A DNA stretch of 50,002 nt, filler included, from Jimgerdemannia flammicorona (Eukaryota): the NCBI GenBank assembly GCA_003990765.1. It is 2 parts of 2 records of this genome, joined end to end, with 100 filler letters (N's around TTAATTAATTAA, not from the genome) between each part and the next. Parts side by side here need not be neighbours in the genome. Positions count along the whole stretch, not along the records: positions 25,054 to 50,002 come from RBNJ01000901.1; 1 more part is not named here. One strand, written 5' to 3'. The notes beneath the pieces are model-generated. The model had not been told where the DNA came from, did no database searches, and saw only the letters and a program-made list of their open reading frames with translations. The position numbers and the translations under genes are program-made. Below are positions 38,367 through 50,002 of the stretch, piece by piece (within the stretch, counting starts at the first letter, position 1; the number at the start of each line of letters is the position of its first letter).

Positions 38367-39672
38367 AAACAGGGTAAGCAGAAAAAACTGAGAGCAATAC
38401 TTATCATAAATAGGCAGCTTCTTAGGCAGCTTCTTTCCCCACCCGTCAAAACTACAAAGGCTAAGCGCACTCCAATGGAGAGGGGCCCCATCTTATCGTC
38501 CTGGCCATGGACGCAACCTACCCAGATCAAACATTTTATGGCATACACGATGTGCTCTCACAAAGTGTCATACACATGGTGTACCTACACGCGGGTCATA
38601 CCCACGCCAGCGTCGCCCATGCGGGTCAAATAGTAGGTTGCCCTTTGTAGCGGTATGACAGAGAAGAGAAACCCTATGGTAAATGAATGGGATGGGGATT
38701 TTGTTTTGGGGTTGCCAGTGATGACGTAGATTTCACACGTCATAATTGTTCACAGTGCAAAACATAGCAATATCATTATATTATATGAGTATTTCTACAG
38801 CCAATAATAATAATAATAATAATAATAATCTCTCCTACATAAGTTTGTTTTATTCTGATTCTAGATAGTATATTGTATTTCTCTCTCAAATAGTTCTAGT
38901 TTCTTTAAGAGAAAATAACTATATTTTAGTATTTTCTAATAAAGTTCAAATAGCTCAAAGAGATACTTGGGTTCAAGAAGTTCCCATGAGTTTTTTGAGA
39001 GAAGATATTTATATAAAGACAATTTTATTAAAATTATAGAATATATTTTATATATTATTAATAAATAATATAAATTGATCTAAAAAAAAGATATAATAAA
39101 GTTATATCTATCAAGTTATTATCTTAATACTTTTATATTATTTTTAATTTTTTAATTTTTAATTTTTTTTTAAAAATATTAAGTATCTTATTTTAGCTAG
39201 TTATAAAAACTTATAAAATATTATAAACTTTTTTAATTATTTTTAGACTAAACTTATCTTAATATTTTTAAATTTTTTTTTTTTTAAAAAAAATATTTAC
39301 TATAAAAAGTTATAAGCTTTACTTAATAGCTATAGTAAAAAAAAACCCTCCTCTTTTAAAAATATATACTATAATATATATTATATTAAAATAAAAAATA
39401 TAAATATAAATATAAGTAACTTTAGTAATAAGAACTCAAAGTATAAGTATTCTAATAATAAAAAATATAATTCTTCTTACTATTTAATACTCTAAACAGA
39501 TGTAATTTATCCAGATTACTTGAAATCTTTAGTAATATTATTCTTTCTTTCTTTATCTTTAGTAATATTATTCTCTCTGATACTCTAATATATCTTTTTA
39601 TTTCTCTTACTATATTATGAATAAATAAATAGCAGCTCTTAATCATATATTGATCTACTTATCTTTTTACCT

Positions 39673-41925
39673 AATGATTATCAAAAGAGAGAATATTCAA
39701 GATGAGAATGTACTCTCTACTGATAATGTTAAATTCTTTCTCATATAGATAGAATATAAGCTGCTCATTAAGAGCTAAAGTAGTAATAGTAATAGTAATA
39801 GTAATAGTAATGAGAATAAAGAAGAATTCTAGTAATAACTTATAGAGACCCTTTGGATCTCAGAATTTATAAACTTTATAGCTATATATAGCAGTCTTTT
39901 TAGAGCAGCTAATAGTAAATATAGATTGTCTTTTCACTACTACATATATTTAAATTCCCACAGTATAACTAAGTTTATTTTATACTATTTCTCTTTTTCT
40001 CAGAGTCTACAGATCTGCTGACTTTATTCATAACATCTGATCAAGATGAAGAAAGACTAGAGAATATTATAAGACATATCTTTAGTGACTAAATTATTAA
40101 GTCAATATATTATATAGTAGAGATCTCAAAAAGATCAGAAGTAAGTCTTTGTAAGCAATCTTGTACAACTCATATATATGTAACTTATCTATAAGCAACT
40201 CATTCTCATACTCTTTTTTCTGAATATTCACTCTATATTTTATTTAACTTTATTTTTATATGTTCTCCCCTAAAAACTCCTACATAATACTCACACATAA
40301 TCCATCTACATATTTAACTTAGCACACTACTCAGATTAAGGCTCAGTTCTACTGCAGAGGAGAATTCAAAGTTATCTAAGTTTAACTATATCTAGTATCT
40401 GATCAAATAGAGAAGTTTGAGAGCAAGTTATTCAGTATGAGTAATATTAGTATTACCATTAAGACTTGGGGATCTATATTTAAATTAGAGCTAATCATTC
40501 TCAATTAAGGAGCTCATTGGTCTACTAGAGTATTCAATGATGAAGAGAACTACATCATTATTAATAAATATAAAGAGGTTGTTATAGTGATAGTAAGGAA
40601 TCTCTACAGTAATAAGCTTTGTCACTATTAGTGCTCCCAAATGAATTGAATCAATTTGAATCAAATTGAATTGAGGGTCATTCAAATCGAATTGAATTGG
40701 GGATTTTTCAATTTTAATTGAGGGTCCAATTCGAAACCTATTTTTAGAAATGTAATAACTCAATGAATATATGTCCAAATTCAATGATCGTTAGCCTGTT
40801 AGATTCCCCTATATAAGAGGAATCTAACAAGCTAAAGATCATTGAATTTGGATATATATTTGTCAAGTTATTTAATTTCTAAAAATAGAGTTTGAATCAG
40901 ACCTCAAATTGAATTGGACCTCAATTTGAATTGATTTGAATCAAATTGGACCTCAATTCGATTTGAAGTTTTCAAATTGAATTGAATTTGAGTTCAATTC
41001 AATTCAATTCAATTCATTGAGAGTACTAGTTACTATATTAATAAGATTTGCAAGAATTATATCAAATACTAGGTAGTGGGAAAGAGAGTGTGTAGAAAGC
41101 AGAGAGGGGGAGTTTGGACAGGAATTGGGTATACTGCAACATTGGCAAAGGGTGGGTTCTCTGAAGTTTTTTTCACATTTATCTCCTTTTTTTCAAAATT
41201 TTCTTTATTAATCTATTCTTGTTAAATTTTCAGAGATATATAGGATTCTATACTCTTATTAGAACTTTAGAAGTACTATCAAAGAACAAGCTACATATAA
41301 GTATGATATGGCCTGTGCAGTGATGGCAGTTATGATCTAGAGTTCTTTGAGTAGATTGCTAGACTGAACAGCAGACCAGCTTAGTAGTACTCTTAGTACT
41401 GCTGTATATATATTCTTAGCATAATTTAATATATCATATAAGGTGAGGAGTTTGACTTTTTTTCTGGTATAGCTCAAGGGTTTCTGTCTCTGTATGTGAA
41501 AAGGAAGAATTTAACTAGATGCTGTCTATTTTGGTAGAGTTTCAAGCTGAGACTCCTAGAGCTAGACAAAGAGCAGATATCCTCTAGTACTATCTAGCAA
41601 TATGAGGTCCTGGGTCAAGAGTTCACCAACCATATACTTATATCACATTAGGGTATATTGGGTACAACATTTCTCTACCTATATATATAGATAATAATAT
41701 TACTCTAGTAATGTTTTATATTCTAGAAAGGAAGGACCTAACTTGAGAAGATAGTAGTAGCATCTAGTATAATCTCACTTATGGTTTTGGGGTCCCATTT
41801 ATGGTCAATATGGCTATTCTATTCTAACCACATAACTTTTATAATACCATCACTTTTAAGGAGAGCTTAGATACTATAGTCATTATACTCATAACAGATA
41901 ATAGGCTCATTAAGGCCTAAGACTG
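39673..41925 (+). pseudogene. Second copy of the TET/JBP-like cargo gene
   Basis: Colinear with 5913-7910; reads ..ITLGYIGYNISLPIYIDNN.. at 41642-41698 and ..PHNFYNTITFKES.. Confidence 0.5.
40629..41028. mobile_element. hAT-type fold-back MITE (400 bp)
   Basis: TAGTGCTCCCAAATGAATTG...CAATTCATTGAGAGTACTA; 8-bp TSD GTCACTAT/GTTACTAT; empty site at ~6990 in the other copy; near-palindromic interior. Confidence 0.92.
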
Positions 41926-41937
41926 ATAGTATAAGCA

Positions 41938-44900
41938 TATAACCTCTAAGCCACTAAAATCGCATGTTATCCTCAGAACTAATTTGGAAACCACATGTGA
42001 GACTACAAAACAAGTTACTAAAGAGATCATCTGGTTACACAAAATATGCCAGCAAGCATAAGAACCCACCATCAAGATACAAGAATACTAGAAGAAGTAC
42101 TACAATCATAAGACTGACTCTGAACTACTATAACTAGTTTGGTATACTGTACTATTACAAAAGGAAACCAGAAGTATCAAACTCAAATCAAGACAAGAAG
42201 AACCCTATTTCATCCATCAAAAGGTTCATAAACTGTACTTATCAACTCAAGACCAGGATACTCTGCAACTATACAAAATCTCATTACTTAGCAGAAGCAA
42301 AATGCATTTGAATAACTCTGTTCGCTCTATCTGTATCACCTCTGTTGGAGAGTGACAGATGCTTCATCTGAACTCAAGAAAGCTGACATCATTGAAACCA
42401 ATCTCAAGCCATCCACATGACAGATATTACTACTAGAAATTGCCTCAGATTATAGAAAATATCATTTCCAAGAGGTTTGAACCCCCAGCCACAACATTGG
42501 GAGCCCTCACCCTAGACAAGGATGACCAGTCCTCACAAATGCACCAGTAAGCCAAAAAAAAAAGAGAACCAAGACCTGTTATCCTTATATAACCACCACC
42601 ACTAAGAATAGTCATAATTTTGCAAGAGACAGAAGTGATGATACCTTTGAAACTGATGACATTAGAAGTCAGAAAACTGCTCAGACTTTGCCAGCAATGA
42701 TATCATCAATAGTGATGTCATCAAAGACTACCCAGACAGTGTCTAAACCTATAAATAGCTTAGCAGTCATAGTATAGTTAGATTAGCCTTATATGATATA
42801 ACTGTGAACTAACTCAGCAGTCAGATGATCTCTTGATATGTCATATCACACTTGTACTATATGACTGCATTCTGACTTAGCAAGGCACTAAGTGCTACAC
42901 CCATATTTAGTATAGTCCAGATAGCCCCTCACTAGTATAAATACCCCCTCCCCCAGACCTCAGAATCTCAGACTTAAAAACTTAAAGATCTAGATATCCA
43001 AGAACACTCCTGAATACTTCCCCACAATATTCCTTTACACAACTACTTCTAGTATAACAATATCATAAATAGCAAATAAACCTATTTAATAACTCACAAA
43101 CCACTCTTAAGTAAATTTGCTCTCTGTTAGGTCCCACTCCTAACTCTATCATAAAATTTCCTAATTGGGTATTGTCTGTAGTAATACACCAATTCAACTA
43201 AGCTGGTCTTAGTTTCTTGAACTTTCTGAAATACAGAAAATCCTGAATATTCAGAACTAGTCTGAAAAAGGACTTTGGTTGAGATGTCAACCTGATCTCG
43301 AAATCAATAAGCATAGAGGACATACACTATATAAAATTGATCTTGACCTTAAGAAAATGGTCTTCCAGAATATCCAGAACTTCCAGAAAACCCCTTCAGA
43401 ACTATGTAATAATTACTCTAAAAAGCAACTCTCTTACAACTTGATAGTAGTAGTTTACAATCCAATTCTACTTCAAGATGCTTTCTCACTTAGCTATAAA
43501 CCCCTCTGCGAATTCCTACAAATTAGTATAAAGCCCAACCTCTGAACTAGAATTTATCCTAAACCATCTGACAATCTGGAGAGAATTGAATCTGATATAT
43601 AAGGACAATTTGACCTCCACATCTGCAACAAGTGAGACAAACTTCATTCAAAGAAAGAAATACTCTAGTTAAATCAGCAAATAGGTGAAACCCTATTCAC
43701 TGAACTCCTTGCTCTATACCTAGCAAGTCAAGACAAAGAAGGTCTTATAGAAGCCTTCTTTACTCTTCTCAATAAGAGTTTTGTCAGCTCTATAAATCTG
43801 AGCGACCTAGGACAACCAGCAGCAGTCTTTCTAGCCTTAGTCTCTCATAAAGCCTAAGCCTCTGTAGCCAAGTGGCTCAACTCTACCGACTTTCACTACA
43901 CCAGAACCAAGACCACATTATACTACTGATTCCAGAATAGCAAGGCCCACCATATTCTTAAAGAAGAAGCAAGGGAAACCCTTCATCAACTACCTGACTC
44001 TGAACCTGAAATCAATACTGAACCAGAACTTGACTTTGAATTAAGTCTATCCAAAATCAGATATACAACTGATTCTGTCTACTTTGACACCAAGCAAATC
44101 CAACTACACAAAGACCAAACCAAAGAGGAGGAGGAGTATCTCAGTAAATTCAATCCCAGATATACTACCAAATGAGATGCCCCTCCATCAGGACAAAATA
44201 CACCAATACAGCAATAGATAGCTATTTACCAAGCCCTTACTCCAGACCCACAACTATTACTCCAGCAACTTACACAGACTCAGAGAACCCCATTACACTC
44301 TGCACCAATACCTCAAGTAGTACCAGTAACACCACTACCAGTAGTCCAACTACCTCCAGTAAACAATATGGCAAACCAACAGATTCTTGACCTCACAGCC
44401 CAGATAGTAATAATGGCAGCAACCATTACTACCCTAGCTGAACAGACCTGACCTATCAAAAATCTGAGCCTACCTACTTTCAATGATACTGCACAAGAAG
44501 TCCAAAGCTTCATTAGTGTAGTTGATACCAACTTCGAAGCCAATCAATGGACAAATGAGTGAGTTGCTGACCACCTTCTGACAAACAATCAAGACCACAC
44601 TCTGGAACAACTCTTTACTACTACTATAGCCTATGTCCACTAAGTTGTTACCTTCTTTCAAGGACCTGCTGAAGAATGGTGGCAAACCCTTCCTGAAAAA
44701 CCCCTCACATGGGACACTCAATCTGCAGTAGTTGCTCAGAATACAGCAAATAATGCCCCAGGATATAGAGCACATCCTGCAGCCCCTGGACTCAAACAAC
44801 TTATGATTGCCCAATACTGCAGCAAAACCATGATTGCTGAATCTCAAGTAAAACTCCACAACCTCAAATTTGATATATATGGTAAAGAAGAATTCAAAAC

Positions 44901-46440
44901 CTTCTACACAAAACTCGAGTCACTCCTGAATACTGTTGGCCTAGGATATATTGTCAATAACAAAGTACAAAATGGTACAAGAGCAGACCATCTATTTGAT
45001 GCCCTATCTGAATAGCTTACCAGAAAAATCCAAGAACAAGGCCACCTAGTTAGTTGTAATTACCAATAATAGTGCCTGGCAAGAATCAAGACTATGGTCA
45101 AGTAAACCCTAATAGCTGGACCAATTCTGCCCTAAAGACAATTCAACAACAAAGAAAAGACTTGGACCAAGAAAGAAGAACTCAAGCATAAAGCATCCCA
45201 AGCTCCCTCTATATTCACCTTATGGACACCCAGAAATCATAAACCCACCCAGCTGAGTATCTTTAAGAAACTCACCAAAAGTGAAAGAAATGAACTTAGA
45301 AGAAGCAGAGCATGCTTCTATTGCTGAAAGATAGGACATATGGCCAGTGCCTGTCCCAACTAAAAACCCCGAACAGCAACACAAGCAACTGTTACTACTC
45401 TGCACCACCTTAATAACCTAACCACCAGAATACTGGACTTTGTCAAGTTAAGGCAAACTGCCAAGGCCCCAATCAAAGAAAGCCAAAAAGCAGCTGGATA
45501 TGATCTATATGCAGCCAAAGAAGCTATAGTTTTCAACTGAGAAGCTAAGCAAGTCTACACAGGAATCAGTATCCAAATCCCTGAAGGACATATTGGAAGA
45601 ATATGTTATCACAGCAGCCTAGCATTAAAAGAACTCTCAGTAGAAGGAGGAGTCATTGACAAAGATTATACAGGTGAAATTATTGTCCTCATCTGAAACC
45701 ATAGTTAGACACCCTTCAAGATCTCTATAGGTTTCTGCATTGCCCAGATCCTATTCGAAAAAATCAAGTCAACCCTGATAGTCAAAGAAGTCTCTGAACT
45801 ACTGCCCACTATCTGAGGATCCAAAGGATTTACCTCATCAAACAAGGCCCCAGCCCAACCTATTATGAATAAAGAAGAACAATTCTATAAGAAAATTGAA
45901 GATGGATATGTACCAAGTGGCCAATACCTCCATGGTATTGGAATGTACTCATTCTGAATGATTGATGATTGCTTCTCTTGTGTCAATGAATTGGCTCAAA
46001 GAAGAACCAACAGAAGGAAAACTCCTATAATGGAAATCACCACTATTGAATCAGACAAACTGCTTATACTCCAAGCTTTTGTCAACTGAGCACCTGTCAA
46101 GATTATGATAGACAGTAGTGCCTCAGGCAACTTTATCAATGAAGAAACAGCCAACAGACTCAAGGTCTTCACCTCTCCAGTATAACAAACCCAAGCAGTT
46201 GCTACAACTGATAGAACCTCATATGTTATCAGCAAGAAAGTCTGCAACCTACTCTTCTGAATTGGTAACTATCAAGTATATGTTACCCTCCAGATTGTAC
46301 CACTCCCAGATAACAAAATCATCCTTAGAACTCCATGGTTGAAACAAGAGAACCCCATGATCGATTGGGTAAACTATTCTCTGACCATCAAGAAAGAATG
46401 CCACAACTTCAAACTGCAAGATGAAAAGGACCCATTTACT
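41938..46440 (+). mobile_element. 5' part of a second Ty3/Gypsy family: putative LTR (~41938-43059), then a long ORF with N-terminal extension-gag-dUTPase-(CHCC)-PR; interrupted by a LINE
   Basis: Starts TATAAC (=TGTAAC) exactly where hAT homology stops; GTATAAATACCCC at ~42935; a single degenerate frame 43357-46440 with LPTFND, CFYC*KIGHMASAC (~45315), dUTPase, IMIDSSASGNFI and ILRTPWL..NPMIDW. The LTR 3' end is tentative. Confidence 0.85.
45430..45840 (+). pseudogene. dut: Trimeric dUTPase domain between the gag zinc knuckle and protease
   Basis: AAGYDL, HSSLA (=RSSLA), GGVIDKDYTGEI, IAQI, *GSKGFTSS (=RG..GFGSS). Confidence 0.92.
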
Positions 46441-49400
46441 TTAATATGGTTCAAGATCAGTATCTAGATAGAACTGATAGAGAGAGGAATGCAGGGGGGA
46501 GAAGTGGAGGTCTGGATGCATGGGAGGAGATGGAGAATTTGAGCTCTTTAGAGAATATGGGCAGAAAATGGTGGGGCAATACCAGGGTCTACACACACTG
46601 GGTGAATGGCTTAGGTATAAGGATTGATTAGATTCTGATGGCTGAGTGTTGGGCCTCTGATGTTTGGAAGGTATTGGAGGTAGAGTGGTGCCCATGGTCT
46701 GATCACTGAGAGATTTTAGGGCAGGGGCAGTTTGGGGGGAGTAGAGATGGACCCAGACATTGGCGCCTTAACTCCTCCCTGCTGGCTGAGAAGGAGTTGT
46801 GGGACTCATAGGTGGAGGACATTCAGGTGAAGGTTTTTAGCTGGAGGCATGAGGGTTTGTCTGTGGGTATATATTGGGTGAGATTGAAAGAGGCTATGAG
46901 GGTCTATTGGGGAGAAGCTGGTAAGAATGCAGGGAGACAGAGGAGGAAGTGTATGAGGTGTGCTTCCAGCAGACTGAGGAAGCTGCAAATGGATTGGGCA
47001 GGTTTGCTTACTTCTGGTGGGGTGGAGGATTGGAGGATAGAGTGGGTGAAATTAGAGATAGTAGAACTGTAACAGGTGTTGCAAGAGGAGGAGGAGACTC
47101 ATATGAGGAATGGCAGCCAGGCTATAGTGGCAGAGGCTTGAGAAGGGTGAGAGGCCTACTAGGTACTTGTTGAGACTCCTTAAAGCTAGGAGGGTGCAAC
47201 ATCAGTGGGATGGGATCTTGGATACTGAGGGAGTCATAGTGCATAGTACACAACAAATCTTAGGGGTTTTAAAGAAGAGATGGTAGAGTTTGTAGAGTGA
47301 GGAGGAAGGGGGGGCTGATGAGGAGGTGATTGAAGATACACTAGAGGAGTGGGAGCCACTACTAGTGCTCCCAAACAAGTCGAATCAATTCGAATCAAAT
47401 CGAATTGAGGGTCTAATTTAAACCCTAATTTTCAAAATGCAATACCTCAGCGTAAACTCATCCAAATCTAACATACTTTAGCTTGTTAGAATCACATTAA
47501 TACGATGAATCTAACAAGCTAAAATATGTTAAATTTGGATGAGTTTTCGTCAAGTTATTACATTTTGAAAATTAAGGTTCAAATCAAACTTCAAATTGAA
47601 TTGGACCTTTGATTTGATTTGAATCGAATTGAATTGGACCCTTGATTTGATCGAATCAAATCGAGTTTGGGCCAAATTCGATTCGATTCAATTCATTAGA
47701 AGCACTAGCCCCACAAGTAGAGGGTCTGGGGGACTTGATCTTACCAGTGCAAGGAGAGAAGATCCAGAGTATCCTTGTGGCAACTAAGCTTAGAATGGCA
47801 CCAGGGGAGGATGGGTTACCATGGGACTTCTGGAAGAAGATAGTAAAGGTCCCTGGAGTTTTGAGTGAGATGGCTGCTCTCTGTGACCATGTTCTTTGGA
47901 GTGGTGAGTGGGTTGGAGAGCAGGACCTCAGACTGGTGGCCTTATTGTACAAAGATAAGGGGAGGAGGGAAGACTGGAAGAATTGAAGGCCAATCATGCT
48001 TCTGGATATAAATAGGAAGATAGTGACTAAGGTGATTGTCATAAGGCTGCAGAAAGTTGCCCAACAGATACTGGGAGAGGAGCAGCAGGGCTTTGTTGAT
48101 CCATGGCATCATTGAAGGGGCCCAGGCTTGTAGACTGAATGGAAGGTTGGTCTTTTTGGATCAGAAGAAGGCCTATGACTGGGTATGGTGGGTTTGGCTG
48201 GGCAAGGTGTTGGATCAAATTAGTATTCCCCCAGGATTTTGGACTTCTATGTTGAATATGCTAGAGAGCAGTCAGGTGGCACTGATATGTAATGGTCACT
48301 GAGGTCTGGCATTTTCCTTGGGAAGAGGAGTTCCTCAGGGGGACCCTCTGTCCCCTATTCTATATGCCCTTTCAATAGAGCCTTTATTGGATAGGATTTA
48401 TCAGAAGGTGGCAGGGCTCTCTATATATGGTATAGTGTGGAAGGTGGGGGCCTTTATAGATGATATAGTGGTTGAACTTGGATTGGTGACAGATGTTGAA
48501 GTACTTAAGGGAACAGTGGAGTGGTATGAGGCTCACTCTGGAGTGAAGCTCAACTGGTATAAGTGTGAGATAATAGTACTAGGAAATAGACTAGTGGGGG
48601 GGGACATCATTGGAACAATTGTCCCTGCTAGTGAGGTGGTGTGGTATCTGGGCATCTTCCTCTCTGTATATAGTTCTGTCTTGCCACAAGCATGGTGAGA
48701 GAGCAGGGTGACTATTTGGGGGGAGGCCCTTCAAAGTTGGGGAGGCTGCCATATCTCTCTGGCAGGGTGGGTGGTGATTCTGAATATCTACTGGTTCTCC
48801 AAGCTATGGTATGTGACCTATTACCTAGACTTTCTAGCTTGAGTGGTGAAGAGGCTGATGAAGGTGGCTAGAGATTGGATTTGGGCAGGGAGATCAGTTG
48901 GGATACTCTTGCAATACCAGTGGTCAGGAGAGGTCTGGGCCTTGTGGATTTCCCTAAGAGGTTGTACTGCTTGTGGGCCTGGTAATTGAAGAGAGCTACT
49001 GAACTACAGGGAGGGGGATGGGTGCCACTGATGCAGAAGGTCTGGGAGATGAGAACCTCCCCTCAAGGGTCCTCAGGAGATCTGCTCTCATTGGTGGGGC
49101 TGAATGGAAATTGGCAGCTGCGGTTTAAGGACTTTTGGTAGGGGGTGGCAGATGGAGCCCACTGAATTGGCCTGCACTGGCAAGGCAATGAGGGGGAGAT
49201 AATGTGGGGTCCTGATATGTGGCAATGGGATAGACTGCTTCTGGGAGGTACTTTACTTGCTGAGTTTAATATTGGCAATGGAGTAGAGTGTCAGCAGGGT
49301 CTTAGTCTGGATCTTTGGCCAAGTGGCTGGCAGGCAGCAGAGATCGGCAAGGAGTGGGACTGAGCAGGTATCTGGTCATAGAGTACTGAGGTGCAGAGGT

Positions 49401-50002
49401 GACTTCCTCCCAAATTCTGGGTGGTATAGTGGCAAATACTGTGGAGAAATATCATATTGAATTACTATATTAAGCATATGGTAGATGGTGGCCATTTTAA
49501 TTGTGAGGAGTGCTACAATATTGGGCAAGCTGGGGGACTTATGCAGATACCAGAACACTGGCTGGGAGAGTGTGAGGTTTTGGGGAACTTTTGGATAGAA
49601 ATAGGAAATAGACTGAGTGTGGAGTATAGGCTGGCAGGGGCAGGAGGCTGCTGGGAGGACTTGAGATCTTGACTAGTAGGAGGTGTAGGAGATAGTTGGC
49701 TCACTGTAGAATGGGTGTTAGCAGTATGGGTGGGACTGGCTGGACATTGGCTTTTTATATTCGAGGAGGGGAGGTAGATGGGGTTGCAGGAGAAGGTATT
49801 ACAGTTGGAGGAGTTGTTGGAGGATCTGCTAACTGGGTGGTGGGTGGGTTGGGGTCCTCAGAGGGGGTAATATTGTGGCTTGGTGGTGAGGATCTGTAAA
49901 CAGAGTAGTGGGAGGATAGAGATAGTGTTGGACAGAGTAGCCTTTCATCGAGTAGGGGTAAGGGGGGGTGGGGGGCCAAGGGAGATCAGTTAGGAGGAGA
50001 GT
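46438..50002 (+). mobile_element. 5'-truncated L1-clade LINE (ORF2: APE C-terminal half, RT, CCHC), degenerate
   Basis: Begins at FNMVQD..LDR (GDFN region); RID*IL, WSDH, WRLNSSLL; APGEDG, RPIMLL, FLDQKKAYD, GVPQGDPLSP, AFIDD, YLGI; CEEC..EHWLGEC. Confidence 0.92.
47363..47707. mobile_element. Second fold-back hAT-type MITE (345 bp), inserted in the LINE
   Basis: TAGTGCTCCCAAAC...TTAGAAGCACTA; imperfect TSD GCCACTAC / GCC-CCAC; related to 40629-41028; retains several CpGs. Confidence 0.88.

Larger units (their letters stand above)
39485..41937 (-). mobile_element. Second, more eroded copy of the cargo-bearing hAT (left TIR and cargo gene), interrupted by a MITE and a Gypsy
   Basis: TAATACTCTAAACAGATGTAATTTATCC at 39485 aligns to the TIR TAGTGCTCTGAATGGATGAAGTTGATCC. 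39521-41937 is colinear with 5696-7915. Confidence 0.85.

Noticed and set aside
38165..38548. Poly-Phe ORF, or the poly(A) as a retrocopy tail
   Set aside because: The ORF is an artefact of the A88 run. No TSD or upstream retroelement body is recognised, and homopolymer length may be a sequencing error.

Overview
Eukaryotic, intron-rich fungal DNA; an early-diverging Mucoromycota-type genome is my inference from gene style and is not proven. The window is two blocks joined by an artificial N/TTAATTAATTAA linker (24954-25053). The left block (1-24953) and the right end (~38790-50002) are CpG-depleted, transition-eroded transposon graveyards. Between them is a CpG-rich gene island with a KLHDC4/Kel3 kelch gene, a secreted AA5 glyoxal-oxidase-type copper radical oxidase and a PTS1-tagged class I heme peroxidase. 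Main observations: (1) A 6.45-kb hAT transposon (TIRs plus 8-bp TSD) carries, besides its transposase, a spliced cargo gene whose C-terminus resembles a TET/JBP-type 2OG-Fe(II) dioxygenase; the same TIR-plus-cargo arrangement recurs at 39485-41937. (2) Two different Ty3/Gypsy elements both encode dUTPase, in different positions, and both carry the same small C-x-H...C-x2-C domain next to it. (3) The full-length Gypsy has a third ORF in the env position that reads across the PPT and ~1 kb into its 1.5-kb LTR. All TE proteins were read by eye through mutation-generated stops, so family assignments need HMM or structure confirmation.
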